A stretch of 62,542 nt of DNA, the filler included, from Methanobacteriota archaeon (GTDB lineage Archaea; JACRDV01): assembly GCA_024860865.1 (NCBI GenBank). It is 9 parts of 9 records of this genome, joined end to end, with 100 filler letters (N's around TTAATTAATTAA, not from the genome) between each part and the next. Parts side by side here need not be neighbours in the genome. Positions count along the whole stretch, not along the records: positions 43,597 to 52,492 come from JACRDV010000119.1; positions 52,593 to 57,973 come from JACRDV010000121.1; positions 58,074 to 62,542 come from JACRDV010000126.1; 6 more parts are not named here. One strand, 5' to 3'. The first letter of the stretch is position 1. Each line of letters opens with the position of its first letter. Below, one piece after another: positions 51,495 to 61,983 of the stretch. The translations under genes and the position numbers were made by a program. The notes beneath the pieces are model-generated. The model was not told the DNA's origin, did no database searches, and saw nothing but the letters and a program-made list of their open reading frames with translations.

Positions 51495-52492
51495 TTATTG
51501 TTTTATATTAAATTCTTTTGTGTATTTTTCAACAATATCAAAAAAAGCATCGTGAAGGTTTGTCAATCCCTCTGAGCTTAGTCCATAAGTCGAAAGTTTA
51601 ACATGCTTGCTCAATCCACGGTGTAATCCAATAAATCCGTGCTTCTCCATTTCTTCAGCCAAGAAGAATCCCTTGCGCTTATGGTGCTTTGAGATTTCCC
51701 AAAAAATTGGAGTTTCCAAATGAATCAAATGGTGGTTATGAGGTCTTTCTCCAATAATCATTATGCCTTGGATATTTTCTATTTCTTGTATAAACCATCC
51801 GATTTTTTTTAACTCTTCACCCCAAGTTTTTGTGCGTTCTACCACATATGGAAATGATAACATTGAACTAATTAGTGGGATACCACCAACGCTGCATCCA
51901 AAAACATTTGGAATTTTTTTTCCAAAGACTCGGCCAGTCCAATCTGGTTTTATTGTTGATGGAGCAAATGCCTTTTTTCCCCACTCATAAGAGGTTATTA
52001 AAAAACCAAGCGGTCCCAGAGATGCCATTGATTTGTGAGCAGATATTGTCAAAAAATCAGCCTTAAAATCTCGCATATTAACTGGCATGACCCCGCCAGT
52101 ATATGCTGCATTCACCATGTAAGGTATTCCATAATCCTCTGCTATTTTCCCAACTTCTTTTACTGGATTAAGATTGCCATAATATGGCTCAACGTGAGTT
52201 AAAACTAAGAGAGCTGGAAGTTTTTCACTTTGGCTTTTAACTTGTTCGATTTTTTCCACAAAGTCCTCTGTCCTCACTTTATATTCTGGATACCCTGTGT
52301 TCGTAGGTTCCACTAGTTGTAGGCCAGCCATTTCAGCAGCAATTGCGGTTGAATAATGGCATAAAGGATCTGCCACTATTATGTTTGTGTAGTCTTTTGA
52401 TCCTTCAACTTTCAAGCTTTCGGCTATTGTTCTAACAACTGCGAATTGGGCTGCGCGGCATCCAAATGTATGTTCTGCGACATCTCCGCCAA
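51495..52492 (-). CDS. pscS: O-phosphoseryl-tRNA:Cys-tRNA synthase (5' partial)
   Basis: GCRAAQFAV, HYST..AAE, YGNL, N.AY, SAHKSMAS, GCS, KLSTYGL. Confidence 0.88.
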
Positions 52493-52592
52493 NNNNNNNN
52501 NNNNNNNNNNNNNNNNNNNNNNNNNNNNNNNNNNNNTTAATTAATTAANNNNNNNNNNNNNNNNNNNNNNNNNNNNNNNNNNNNNNNNNNNN

Positions 52593-53291
52593 AAAAATAG
52601 ATAACTTTCCTTCTTCAAGGGCTTTTTTGGCGATCTTAACACCTATTGGAACTCTGATTATTTTAAAATATGCTTTATCATCAGTAAAAGCTTTGACTTC
52701 AATTGACTCACCTAACTTTTTGATATCAATATCCCTTTCGCTTTTAACCTCAGGTAATTCCATTTCAATTATTATCTTATCATCGACTCTTCGAAGGGCA
52801 CTTTTAGGTTCTTCAGTTACAAGGGGGACCCTTCTTACTTTAGGCTTTTCTTCTTCAATTTTAGGCTTTATCTCTTCTATTATACGCCTTTCTTTCTTCT
52901 CCTTTCTAATTTGGGCTTTTGGAATTTTAAAACGCTCAATTATCCGATCAGCAGCCTTTTCATCTATGTCTCCAAAAGTCTTTACATCGACCTGTGGTGG
53001 TCTATTACCTCTTTGAACGATCTTTATGCTGAATCCGCCGGACTTTACTCTAGGTCTAATTTCTTTAAACCAAGGTGTTATATCCAGTACCTCAAAATCC
53101 CTTGAGATCGGTTTCATCAATTTATCCAATTTTTTTGTTTGCTCATGGAATTCTCTAAACAGATCATCGAATGTGGAAAAGTCGCTGAAAAAATCGTAAT
53201 CAAACCATCTTTTTTCCAAAGTAGTTCCACATTCAGGGCAGTACTTCCAATCTTTGCCGAGCCTCATTCCACAACTAGGGCAATATACCAA
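52593..53291 (-). CDS. Zinc-ribbon plus Hsp20/alpha-crystallin-like protein (3' partial)
   Basis: CPSCG..YCPECG; GFSIKI; EEP..IIIEMELPEV..ESIEVKA. Confidence 0.75.
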
Positions 53292-53387
53292 GGATATCCT
53301 CTTCAGTTTTTAATTGCTTTTTCTGCGCTATATTCGAAAGTAAAATCTAAAGAATAGAAGGACGCTTGTAGCGCCCTTTTTCATTAA

Positions 53388-55028
53388 TTAATATTCCGGC
53401 ATTCCGCCTGGCGGCATCCCTGGAGGGGTTGGCGCACCCCTTTCAAGCGCTGACGCTGCTATTACATCATCGATTCTTAAGATCATCGTAGCTGCTTCAC
53501 TGGCTGATTTAATTGCTTGGGTTTTAATTCTAAGCGGTTCAATAACTCCGCGTGCAGACATATCCTCAACTTTGCCACTGAATACATTGAGCCCCATTCG
53601 AGCCCCATCTTTTTCATGCCTTGCTTTAAGAGCTGCAAGCATATCAATTGGATCTAAGCCTGAGTTTTCTGCTAGCGACCTTGGGATGGATTCTACGGCA
53701 TCTGCAAATGCATTAATTGCGAGCTGTTCTCTGCCTCCAACTTTTGTAGCATGTTCTCTAAGCTTGCGGGCAACTTCGATTTCTGGGGCTCCTCCTCCAG
53801 CTACAATTTTTCCATCTTCAATAGCGACTCCAACTACACAAAGGGCATCATGCAAAGCTCTTTCAACTTCATCAACCACATGCTCAGTCCCGCCTCTGAC
53901 AAGAATGCTGACTGCTTTTGGATCTTTGCAACCCTCAATAAAAGTCATTTCTTCTCCAGCAATCTTTCTCTCTTCAACAAGCTTTGCTTCTCCGAGATCA
54001 TTTAATGTTAAATCGTTTAGGTTTGTGACAATTCGCCCTTTGGTTGCACGAGCTAGTTTTTCCATGTCAGATTCTTTAACTCTTCTCACCGCAAAAATTC
54101 CGGCTTTAGCAAGATAATGCTGTGCTAAATCATCGATTCCCTTTTGGCATATAACAACAGTAGCTCCAGCAGCCTTTATTTTGTCAATCATTTCTTTGAG
54201 CATATGCTCTTCTTCAGACAAAAATGCTCTTAGCTGATCTGGGCTTGTGATGCTAATTTTTGCATCAACTTCGGTCTTTTCAATTTCAAGCGCACTGTTG
54301 AGCAATGCAATTTTGGCATCCCCAACCCTTCTTGGCATCCCTGGATGCACTCTTTCTTTATCGATTATAATGCCATTGATTAGCTGTGTGTCTTCCACGC
54401 TGCCCCCTTCTTTCTTGTCAACTTTTATGTGATCGATGTCAGCAACGTATCTGTTTCCAACCTTTTCAACAATCTGTCTAACAGCTTTTACTGCAAGCTT
54501 TGCCAAAGGTTCTCTTCCGATCTCGGCGCCTTTCCCAGTTATGGAAGTAAGTGCAATTTTTTCAAGTGTAGGCTCATCTGTTACATCGACTTTTCCTGCT
54601 ATCTCATTCAGAGTTTGAATAGCATGCTCTGTTGCCATTCTATATCCTTTAACAATTAAGCTCGCATGGATCTCTTGATCGAGAAGTTCTTCTGCTCTCT
54701 TTAGAAGTTCGCCAGCAATTACTACTGCGCTGGTTGTTCCATCACCAACTTCATCATCTTGAGTTTTTGCAATCTCGACCATCATTTTAGCGGCCGGATG
54801 TTGAACATCCATTTCTTTTAGTATTGTCGCACCATCGTTTGTTATTGTTACATCTCCTAAGCTACTCACTAACATTTTGTCCATGCCTTTTGGACCCAAA
54901 GTACTTCTAACTGCCTCTGCAATTATTCGGCCAGCTAAGATGTTCATTCTGCGGGCATCTCGTCCCATATATCGTTGAGCTTTTTCAGGTAAGATCAATA
55001 TTGGTTGACCACCTAATTGAGTTCCCAT
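53388..55028 (-). CDS. ths: Thermosome (group II chaperonin) subunit
   Basis: [35 protein letters not shown]. Confidence 0.97.
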   Translation of the reverse strand: MGTQLGGQPILILPEKAQRYMGRDARRMNILAGRIIAEAVRSTLGPKGMDKMLVSSLGDVTITNDGATILKEMDVQHPAAKMMVEIAKTQDDEVGDGTTSAVVIAGELLKRAEELLDQEIHASLIVKGYRMATEHAIQTLNEIAGKVDVTDEPTLEKIALTSITGKGAEIGREPLAKLAVKAVRQIVEKVGNRYVADIDHIKVDKKEGGSVEDTQLINGIIIDKERVHPGMPRRVGDAKIALLNSALEIEKTEVDAKISITSPDQLRAFLSEEEHMLKEMIDKIKAAGATVVICQKGIDDLAQHYLAKAGIFAVRRVKESDMEKLARATKGRIVTNLNDLTLNDLGEAKLVEERKIAGEEMTFIEGCKDPKAVSILVRGGTEHVVDEVERALHDALCVVGVAIEDGKIVAGGGAPEIEVARKLREHATKVGGREQLAINAFADAVESIPRSLAENSGLDPIDMLAALKARHEKDGARMGLNVFSGKVEDMSARGVIEPLRIKTQAIKSASEAATMILRIDDVIAASALERGAPTPPGMPPGGMPEY

Positions 55029-55136
55029 AATATCCCTCCGAAAACTTTGAAATCAGTTTCTTTAAGTACTCTTTTTTCTTTAAGACATTATAATTTCTAA
55101 TAACTAAATAAAAAGATTGTGCTAGTTGGGTTAATA

Positions 55137-57806
55137 ATGAGAGTTTCTGAGCTGGTAAAATATGGAGCTTCTGAGCAATTAATTAAAGCCTTGGAGAATC
55201 AAGGAATTCAGGAGCTTTATCAACCCCAAGCTTTAGCGGTTAAAGCCGGCCTTCTTTTCGCTAATGACTCATTTGTTATAGCAGCCCCAACGGCCTCTGG
55301 GAAAACACTTGTGTCTGAAATGCGCATTTTGAAGACAGTTCTCGAAGAGAGAGGCAAGGCATTATATTTAGTTCCTTTAAGAGCACTTGCCAGCGAAAAA
55401 TTTGAAGATTTTTCCGAAAAATACGCACCGCTTGGAATAAAAGTTGCAATGACTACTGGCGAGCTTGATAGCGCAGATCCTTGGTTAGGTCGGTACGATA
55501 TTGTTTTTGTTACAAATGAAAAAATGGACAGTTTAATCAGACATCAAGCTCCTTGGATCAACGAAGTTTCGTTAGTTGTTGCTGATGAGATACATTTATT
55601 AGTAGACCCTCATAGAGGCCCAACGCTTGAGGTTGTTTTAGCTCGGTTGCGCCAGCTGAATCCTAACCTTCGAATTTTGGCTCTAAGTGCTACGATAAAA
55701 AATGCAAGAGAAATAGCAGACTGGCTTGAGGCAAAACTTATTGAAAGCACTTGGCGCCCCGTGGTTTTGCGCGAAGGGGTTTGTTACGGACAAAACATCT
55801 CATTTAATGATGGCACTCAGAAAGAGATCAAACTTCTAACTAGAAATGATGCAATTAATTTAGCTCTTAATACAATTGAAGAAGGCGGTCAAGCTTTAAT
55901 TTTTGTTAATACTCGAAGGGCAACAGAAAACATAGCAGAGTTAGCTAGTGGGCCAGTTTCTAAGGTGCTTTCGCTACCTGAAAAAAGAGCACTAGAAGGA
56001 GCTGCAGATGAAATTTTAAAAGCTTTGCCTGAACCAACTAGAATTTGCAAAAAATTGGCTGATGCGGTTAGAAGCGGGGTAGGTTTTCATCATGCTGGCC
56101 TTCATTCAAAGCAGAAAAAAATTGTTGAAAATAATTTTAGAGCAAATAAGTTGAAGCTGGTGATAGCAACGCCTACCCTGGCTATGGGCCTTAACCTTCC
56201 TTCGCGGCGGGTAATTATCAGAGATTGGTTGCGATATGAACCAGCGTATGGAATGACTTCAATTCCAGTTTTAGAGATAAAACAGATGTGTTTGCCATAT
56301 TCGGCAAGGCTTCTGATTGAGAATGGAGAATTAGTACCAATAGGAGAAATAGTTGAGGAAAAAATGAATAAAAAAGTGTTTTCATTCGATCACTCCCAAG
56401 GGAAATTTACTTTTAAGAAAATTTCTGGCTATTTTTTGAGAGAAACATATGAGTTAATTGAAATACAAACTAATGAAGGACCTATATTACAAATCACTTC
56501 GGAGCATCCAGTTTTAGTAAAAGAAGGAGGATGGATACCAGCAGGAGATTTGGGGGCAGATAGCAAGATCGGATACTTAAGAGAATTTTGCTACTTTGCA
56601 GATATTGGTCCTGTTAGATGGTTAAACATTAAAAAACTTAAGAAGATTAATGGGAAATTTAAAGTTTACAATATCTCTGTAGAGGATACGGAAAATTACG
56701 TAGCAGATAATTTTATCCTTCATAACTGCGGCCGAGCTGGAAGGCCAAAGTTTGATCGCTATGGTGAAGCAGTTTTAATTGCTAAAAGTCAAAAAGACCA
56801 AGAATTTTTATTTGAGAATTACATCCAGGCAGAGCCAGAAAAGATCTGGTCAAAGCTTGCAAACGAGGCTGCTTTAAGGACTCATGTTCTAGCATCTATT
56901 GCAACTTTATTTACAAAAACAAAAAGCGAGCTTTGGGATTTTGTAGATAAAACATTTTTCGCAAAGCAGTATGATCCGGCTACAATCTCTAACGCAATTG
57001 AGAATATCTTACAATTCTTAGAGGAAGAAGCTATGATTGAAAGAAGAAAAGGCAAATTAATAGCAACTGATTTTGGCCGAAGGGTTGCCCAGCTCTATAT
57101 TGATCCAAGCACAGGCGTCGTTTTGCGAGATGCACTTCGAATTGCGGAGGAAAAAATTCCAACCCATTTCTCTTTTTTACATGCAATTTGTCATACTCCA
57201 GATATGCAAGTCCTTTACTTAAGAAGAGGAGAGCACGAAAAATTTGAGCAAGTTGTGTTAGAATATAAAGATGAATTTCTTTTTCCAATTCCAGATTCTT
57301 GGAGACACCCAAGTGCCTATGAACTTTTTATTGCTGAAACAAAGACCGCTGAAATATTTCAAGATTGGATAAATGAATCTCGAGAAGATGACTTAGTTGA
57401 AAAATATGGAATTGGACCCGGAGATATTCGGGCGTTAATTGGGCTTGGTGATTGGTTATTATACTCGCTGCAAGAGTTGGGGAAAATTTTCAAAACTCGA
57501 AAATCTCGTGGCCTAATAGCAACACTTCGAAAGCGCGTAATTTATGGAGTTCGGAATGAGTTGTTAGAATTGGTGGCTTTAGAAAATATTGGTCGAATTA
57601 GAGCAAGGAATCTCTATCGCGCTGGCTATAAAACTTTAGACCAGTTAAAGGAAGCAAAGATAGAAGAGCTTGCAAAAGTACCAACAATTGGGCCAGGAAT
57701 TGCTTTAAGAATCAAAAAACAACTGGGAGAAGAAGTTAAGCCAGAAATAATTGAAGAGAAAAAACTGGCTGAGAGCCGCCAGACTTCGATTTTTAACTTC
57801 GAGTAG
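55137..57806 (+). CDS. hel308: Ski2-like DNA helicase Hel308 with mini-intein
   Basis: PTASGKT, DEIH, LSAT, HHAGL, QM|intein|CGRAGRP, RIRAR, HhH. Confidence 0.93.
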   Translation: MRVSELVKYGASEQLIKALENQGIQELYQPQALAVKAGLLFANDSFVIAAPTASGKTLVSEMRILKTVLEERGKALYLVPLRALASEKFEDFSEKYAPLGIKVAMTTGELDSADPWLGRYDIVFVTNEKMDSLIRHQAPWINEVSLVVADEIHLLVDPHRGPTLEVVLARLRQLNPNLRILALSATIKNAREIADWLEAKLIESTWRPVVLREGVCYGQNISFNDGTQKEIKLLTRNDAINLALNTIEEGGQALIFVNTRRATENIAELASGPVSKVLSLPEKRALEGAADEILKALPEPTRICKKLADAVRSGVGFHHAGLHSKQKKIVENNFRANKLKLVIATPTLAMGLNLPSRRVIIRDWLRYEPAYGMTSIPVLEIKQMCLPYSARLLIENGELVPIGEIVEEKMNKKVFSFDHSQGKFTFKKISGYFLRETYELIEIQTNEGPILQITSEHPVLVKEGGWIPAGDLGADSKIGYLREFCYFADIGPVRWLNIKKLKKINGKFKVYNISVEDTENYVADNFILHNCGRAGRPKFDRYGEAVLIAKSQKDQEFLFENYIQAEPEKIWSKLANEAALRTHVLASIATLFTKTKSELWDFVDKTFFAKQYDPATISNAIENILQFLEEEAMIERRKGKLIATDFGRRVAQLYIDPSTGVVLRDALRIAEEKIPTHFSFLHAICHTPDMQVLYLRRGEHEKFEQVVLEYKDEFLFPIPDSWRHPSAYELFIAETKTAEIFQDWINESREDDLVEKYGIGPGDIRALIGLGDWLLYSLQELGKIFKTRKSRGLIATLRKRVIYGVRNELLELVALENIGRIRARNLYRAGYKTLDQLKEAKIEELAKVPTIGPGIALRIKKQLGEEVKPEIIEEKKLAESRQTSIFNFE
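56289..56726 (+). mobile_element. Mini-intein (146 aa, no endonuclease) in helicase motif VI
   Basis: CLPYSA..TSEHP..VYNISV..NY..ILHN followed by Cys. Confidence 0.93.
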
Positions 57807-58073
57807 ATCTGAGTAATTATGAAAAAGATGTTTCAACTTGCAAAAATTGCAGTTTTTACTGAGAAAATTGCAGTCAACTTTTTTTAAACAAATTGAACCG
57901 CGAAATAATTTTATACAAATCATTTTAATAAAATTCAACTTCACTTTTTTGTTAGTTGCAAAAAAAAAATAAANNNNNNNNNNNNNNNNNNNNNNNNNNN
58001 NNNNNNNNNNNNNNNNNTTAATTAATTAANNNNNNNNNNNNNNNNNNNNNNNNNNNNNNNNNNNNNNNNNNNN

Positions 58074-58271
58074 AAGAAGAGCGGCATCGCAACAATTCCA
58101 GAATTATTAAAACTTACAAAGGAAATGTGGGGCCATTTTCATGCTTGCTAGCCAAGCATGGCTATGTGTAAAATTAAACGAGAAGACCTAATAGCTGAAG
58201 TAGAGGATATAATTGGTGTTGCAGGTTTTTTAGAACTCGCAGCTAATGCCAATATAACGCTATTCGTCTAG
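58074..58271 (+). pseudogene. DsrE/DrsE2-like protein 3' part with in-frame TAG
   Basis: IPELLK..FHAC*PSMAM..KREDLI.EVEDIIGVAGFLELA.NANITLFV; TAG at 58149-58151. Confidence 0.7.
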
Positions 58272-58955
58272 TCAACATATTCCAAGGAGTTTATTAACTG
58301 CTTCTAAAACTCCTTGCCCATAACTTCCTTTAGTTACCAAATCAGCAACTTTTTTTGTTTTTTCATCAGCATTTCCAACAGCAATTCCAAATCCAGAAAC
58401 TTTTAACATGTCAATATCATTTTCAGAGTCCCCAATTGCCGCGATTTTCTTAACATTAATTTTCATTAACTCAGCTACTTTCTGCAAAGCTTTTCCTTTC
58501 CCAATATTCGGATCTTTAATGTGGATTGCAAATCCTGTATCAATTGCTTCGAGCCCAAACAATTGGCTCTCTCTATAGATTATACTTACATCCACTGTTC
58601 TTTTAATTGCAACTTCCGTCGTTCTATATTCGGAACGCTGAACTTTTTCTACATGGTATTTTCGTCTCAAATAATCATAAGCTTCTTCAGCTTTTTTCTT
58701 AGCTTGGTCAAAAATTAACAGGGCCCCAGTTTTGGGATCTTTTATAATCCCACCATTTTCAGCTATAATGGATCCAGAGGCCCCAATAAAAACTGAGAGA
58801 GCTTCCATAATAATGAGAATATTCCCACTTGCTAACACAACTGGCACCTTATTTTCTTCTGCCTTTCTAATAGCTCGAATTGCCTCTATGTCAAGCTGTC
58901 TGTTTGCAAAGGTAATGGTCCCATCAATATCAACTGCTAGAGCCTTGGTTTTAAT
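58272..58955 (-). CDS. HAD phosphoglycolate phosphatase (archaeal type)
   Basis: Frame extends to KALAVDIDGT; ASGN, AENGG, KG, IGDSENDIDM; only ATT codons available as start. Confidence 0.9.
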   Translation of the reverse strand: MKTKALAVDIDGTITFANRQLDIEAIRAIRKAEENKVPVVLASGNILIIMEALSVFIGASGSIIAENGGIIKDPKTGALLIFDQAKKKAEEAYDYLRRKYHVEKVQRSEYRTTEVAIKRTVDVSIIYRESQLFGLEAIDTGFAIHIKDPNIGKGKALQKVAELMKINVKKIAAIGDSENDIDMLKVSGFGIAVGNADEKTKKVADLVTKGSYGQGVLEAVNKLLGIC

Positions 58956-58984
58956 TAAAATCCCTCAGACTAAAAGTATGTAAT

Positions 58985-60034
58985 TTATTCTATTGCAAGC
59001 TTCTTCTCTAACTGCTTGAGAAACCTTTTGGCTTCTGCCTTAGGGTCAGGGTGCAATGAGATTAGCTCTCTAACCCGAAAATTAAGCCTATTAGAGAAAG
59101 TATCAAACCTTGTTTCTCCACTCACTATAATTTCTTTCCCAAGCAAGTTTTCTTTTCGATCGATAATTGGTTTCTTTTCATTGCCTGATTCCTTTGAAAT
59201 CTTTAGAGCTTCTCCTGTTGATATTCCTAATAGCTGTTCTGCTAATCTCCCAAAAAATGTTGCTCTAATGTTATCAGTGCCATCATCGATAATCAAACTT
59301 GTGACCATTCTATAATCTGGTCTTTCAATTTGGCCGCAAGCTCTACATGCCCAAACTCCGCTCTTTTCTTCTGCTCGTTTTCCACATTTGGGGCAAACTT
59401 CAAAAAAAGGCCTTGATTCAAAGATCTGAAGGATTGTTCCACGAATTTCTTTTTTTTCATCTCCATCTTTAAGCTCAGCTATATAAACACGTTCAAGTTC
59501 AGGTGCAAAAGCTTCAAGCTCTGGTAAAGTTTTAACATCAGATGTATCCGCCATAAGTTTACTCCTTGTGCCTAAATGAATTTCTGGCTCGCCTTGAAGT
59601 GATGATTTCGTGTAACCGCTCCTTACTCGGACAATCATCCCAGGGATTATCTCTCCTTTTTCAATTTGCTCAACATCTTTGCTCCAAACTACAACTCTAA
59701 TAGAACCTGTCTCATCAGCTATAATCAAACTTGCATATTTTCCTTTGCGCTCTTCTTTTTGAAATTCTCTAACTGGAAAAACTTTGACTGCCCTTCCAAC
59801 AACATCTACATTTTTCATTCCTGGAATTATGCTTTTAATTTTGAGTTCTTTTGTTTCAACTATGGCGAAAAAGTCCAAGCCAAGTTCTTTTGCTACAATA
59901 TAAGCCGCGCCTTCAGGCGTTATAAGCTGGCCTAGTTCAATTTGTTTTGCCTTAATTCTTTCTAAAATTTCTTCCTTCGATAGCTTAGATTTCTCAGCAA
60001 TTCGGTGCACCATCTCATCAAGAGATTTAAACAA
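58985..60034 (-). CDS. rpa: Replication protein A (OB folds plus zinc finger)
   Basis: ADETGSIRVV.W, CPKC..CRACG, DDGTDNIRATFF. Confidence 0.88.
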   Translation of the reverse strand: MFKSLDEMVHRIAEKSKLSKEEILERIKAKQIELGQLITPEGAAYIVAKELGLDFFAIVETKELKIKSIIPGMKNVDVVGRAVKVFPVREFQKEERKGKYASLIIADETGSIRVVVWSKDVEQIEKGEIIPGMIVRVRSGYTKSSLQGEPEIHLGTRSKLMADTSDVKTLPELEAFAPELERVYIAELKDGDEKKEIRGTILQIFESRPFFEVCPKCGKRAEEKSGVWACRACGQIERPDYRMVTSLIIDDGTDNIRATFFGRLAEQLLGISTGEALKISKESGNEKKPIIDRKENLLGKEIIVSGETRFDTFSNRLNFRVRELISLHPDPKAEAKRFLKQLEKKLAIE

Positions 60035-60047
60035 TCTAAGCCTCCTT

Positions 60048-60488
60048 TTATCTAATTAATGAACTAACCGAAAATACGGGACAATGAGCATACCTTATAA
60101 CATTTTCAGCTGCGCTTCCAATAAGAGCTTTAGCTACACCTGTTTTTCCTTTTGGACCCATTATTATCAAATCGCATTTGCTTTCTTTAGCTTCATTTAC
60201 AATTTCTTCCCAAGCTGTTCCTTCTTTGATTGTTGTTCGTATTTTAATTTCTTTTTCTGCTCTCTTTTTCAAGCGTGCTAAAAGTCTGCGCCTGCCTCCC
60301 TTAAATCCTTTAGCAAAGCACCTTTTACCATGGTGTTTTTAGTCGCGAGAGGAGTCAATTGGCGGATTATGTCAACTACACATACTGCAATCAAATGGCT
60401 TTTAAAAATTTTAGCAAGTTTAATTGCATAATCCTCTGCTTTTTAGCGTTGTTGAGCCGTCGGTCGGAACCAAAATTCTATTGTGCAA
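60048..60488 (-). pseudogene. Universal stress protein with two frameshifts
   Basis: RILVPTDGS / AEDYAIKLAK..VVD / G...EEIV..A....DLIIMG..G..LIGS.AE.V.R.A.CPV fall in successive different frames. Confidence 0.8.
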
Positions 60489-60665
60489 ATCATTTCACCT
60501 AATTTTTTATTAGCCAGTTGAGCTGATAATCTTAAGGAAAAGAAAGATTATGGGGGTTTCTGTATTAATTATGTTTTTGATACTAACAATTATTGGATAT
60601 TTATAAGCCTCCCCTTCTGATGTAACGTAAGTAATTTAAAACCCATAAGTTTCTTTAGTGATTTC

Positions 60666-61961
60666 ATGAATTTCTTTAGAAAACTGTTTGGAAAAAAAGA
60701 AAAACAAGAACAAAAATTAATCATTGAAATCCCTGAAAATAAACTTAAACAATGGCTCAACGAGGAACTTAAAGGATTGGATGAAAACGAAATTAAAAAA
60801 CAATATAATGAGATACTGCAAACAACTGAAGAAATCAAATCCAGCATAAGTGATCTTGAGGCGGCTGTTTTTGAAGAAAATGTCGACAAAAGGCTTTTTG
60901 AAGCGTCTACACGGGCAAGAAGTCTTTTAATTAGAAAACTAGGATCATCATTAGAGAAAGTTAATCAACCCAGCTCATTCAACTTCAATGCTTTAGTAGA
61001 ATTTCATAACTCACTTCTGCGGGAAATGGTGTCGATTGTGAATGCTTGGAATGCCCACAGTTATTTGATAAATCCGCTTTTCAGAAAGGAAATGCATGAA
61101 TTAAATAATAGGATTAAAAAACTAGGTCAATTGATAGACGAACTTGGCGGATTCATTGAAAAGAACAGAGATTACGGAGAGAAATTCAATGAGCTAAATT
61201 CGATTGCAGAAGATTTCAACAACATTAGCAAAAAAATAATAAGCACAAGGTTGGAGATTGAAGGGTCTTATTCGAAAGTAAAGGAGCTACAAACTGACAT
61301 AGATGCGAAGCAAAAAGAGATGTTATCGCTTAGCGATAGCGAAGCAACGCGAAAAGCTCAAGCACTCCAAAGTGAAGTTGAGCAACTTAGAAATGAAAAA
61401 CAAAGATTGGAGAGCGAAATACTACAAGAATTAAGCTCGATCGGGAAGCCCTTAAAAAAATACAATAAAATGGCAGATAGTGAAGAAATATCCGTTCCAA
61501 AAGAAAGCAAATTATTTCTAAAAGACTATGCTAAGGATCCCTTGCTGGCTCTAAGTGATGAGAAAAACTTGCCTGTTTTAAAGGCAGTTCTAAAGCATAC
61601 TGAAGAGCTTATAAAAGAAAATAGGATCGATTTAAAAGATAAAAAGCGAGATAGAGCTCTTTCTCAAATTAAGAATATTATTGATAACGATGTGCTTGCC
61701 TCAAGGATCAATGCTTATCGTGGTTTAAGCGAGAGAATTGAGGCTAAATTAAAAATTGATAATTCATTTGAAATTTTTAAAAAAATGAAGGAATTTGAAT
61801 TTAAAATCAATTCTCTTGAACAAGAACTGCTGAAAGACAGAGAGAGGCTCAAAGAGTTAGAAGACGACATAAAGGCTCAAGAAGAATTAAAAAAAGGCAG
61901 AAAAGAAAAGTTAGAAGGCGTTATTTCTGAATTAACAGGTAAAGAAATAAAAATCATATAA
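60666..61961 (+). CDS. Long coiled-coil hypothetical protein
   Basis: 431-aa E/K/L-rich ORF, no ATPase motif. Confidence 0.75.
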   Translation: MNFFRKLFGKKEKQEQKLIIEIPENKLKQWLNEELKGLDENEIKKQYNEILQTTEEIKSSISDLEAAVFEENVDKRLFEASTRARSLLIRKLGSSLEKVNQPSSFNFNALVEFHNSLLREMVSIVNAWNAHSYLINPLFRKEMHELNNRIKKLGQLIDELGGFIEKNRDYGEKFNELNSIAEDFNNISKKIISTRLEIEGSYSKVKELQTDIDAKQKEMLSLSDSEATRKAQALQSEVEQLRNEKQRLESEILQELSSIGKPLKKYNKMADSEEISVPKESKLFLKDYAKDPLLALSDEKNLPVLKAVLKHTEELIKENRIDLKDKKRDRALSQIKNIIDNDVLASRINAYRGLSERIEAKLKIDNSFEIFKKMKEFEFKINSLEQELLKDRERLKELEDDIKAQEELKKGRKEKLEGVISELTGKEIKII

Positions 61962-61983
61962 TCTTCTCTTTAATGAGGGTTTT

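Noticed and set aside
60666-61961. SMC/Rad50-like call
   Set aside because: No Walker A/B, hinge or zinc-hook motif
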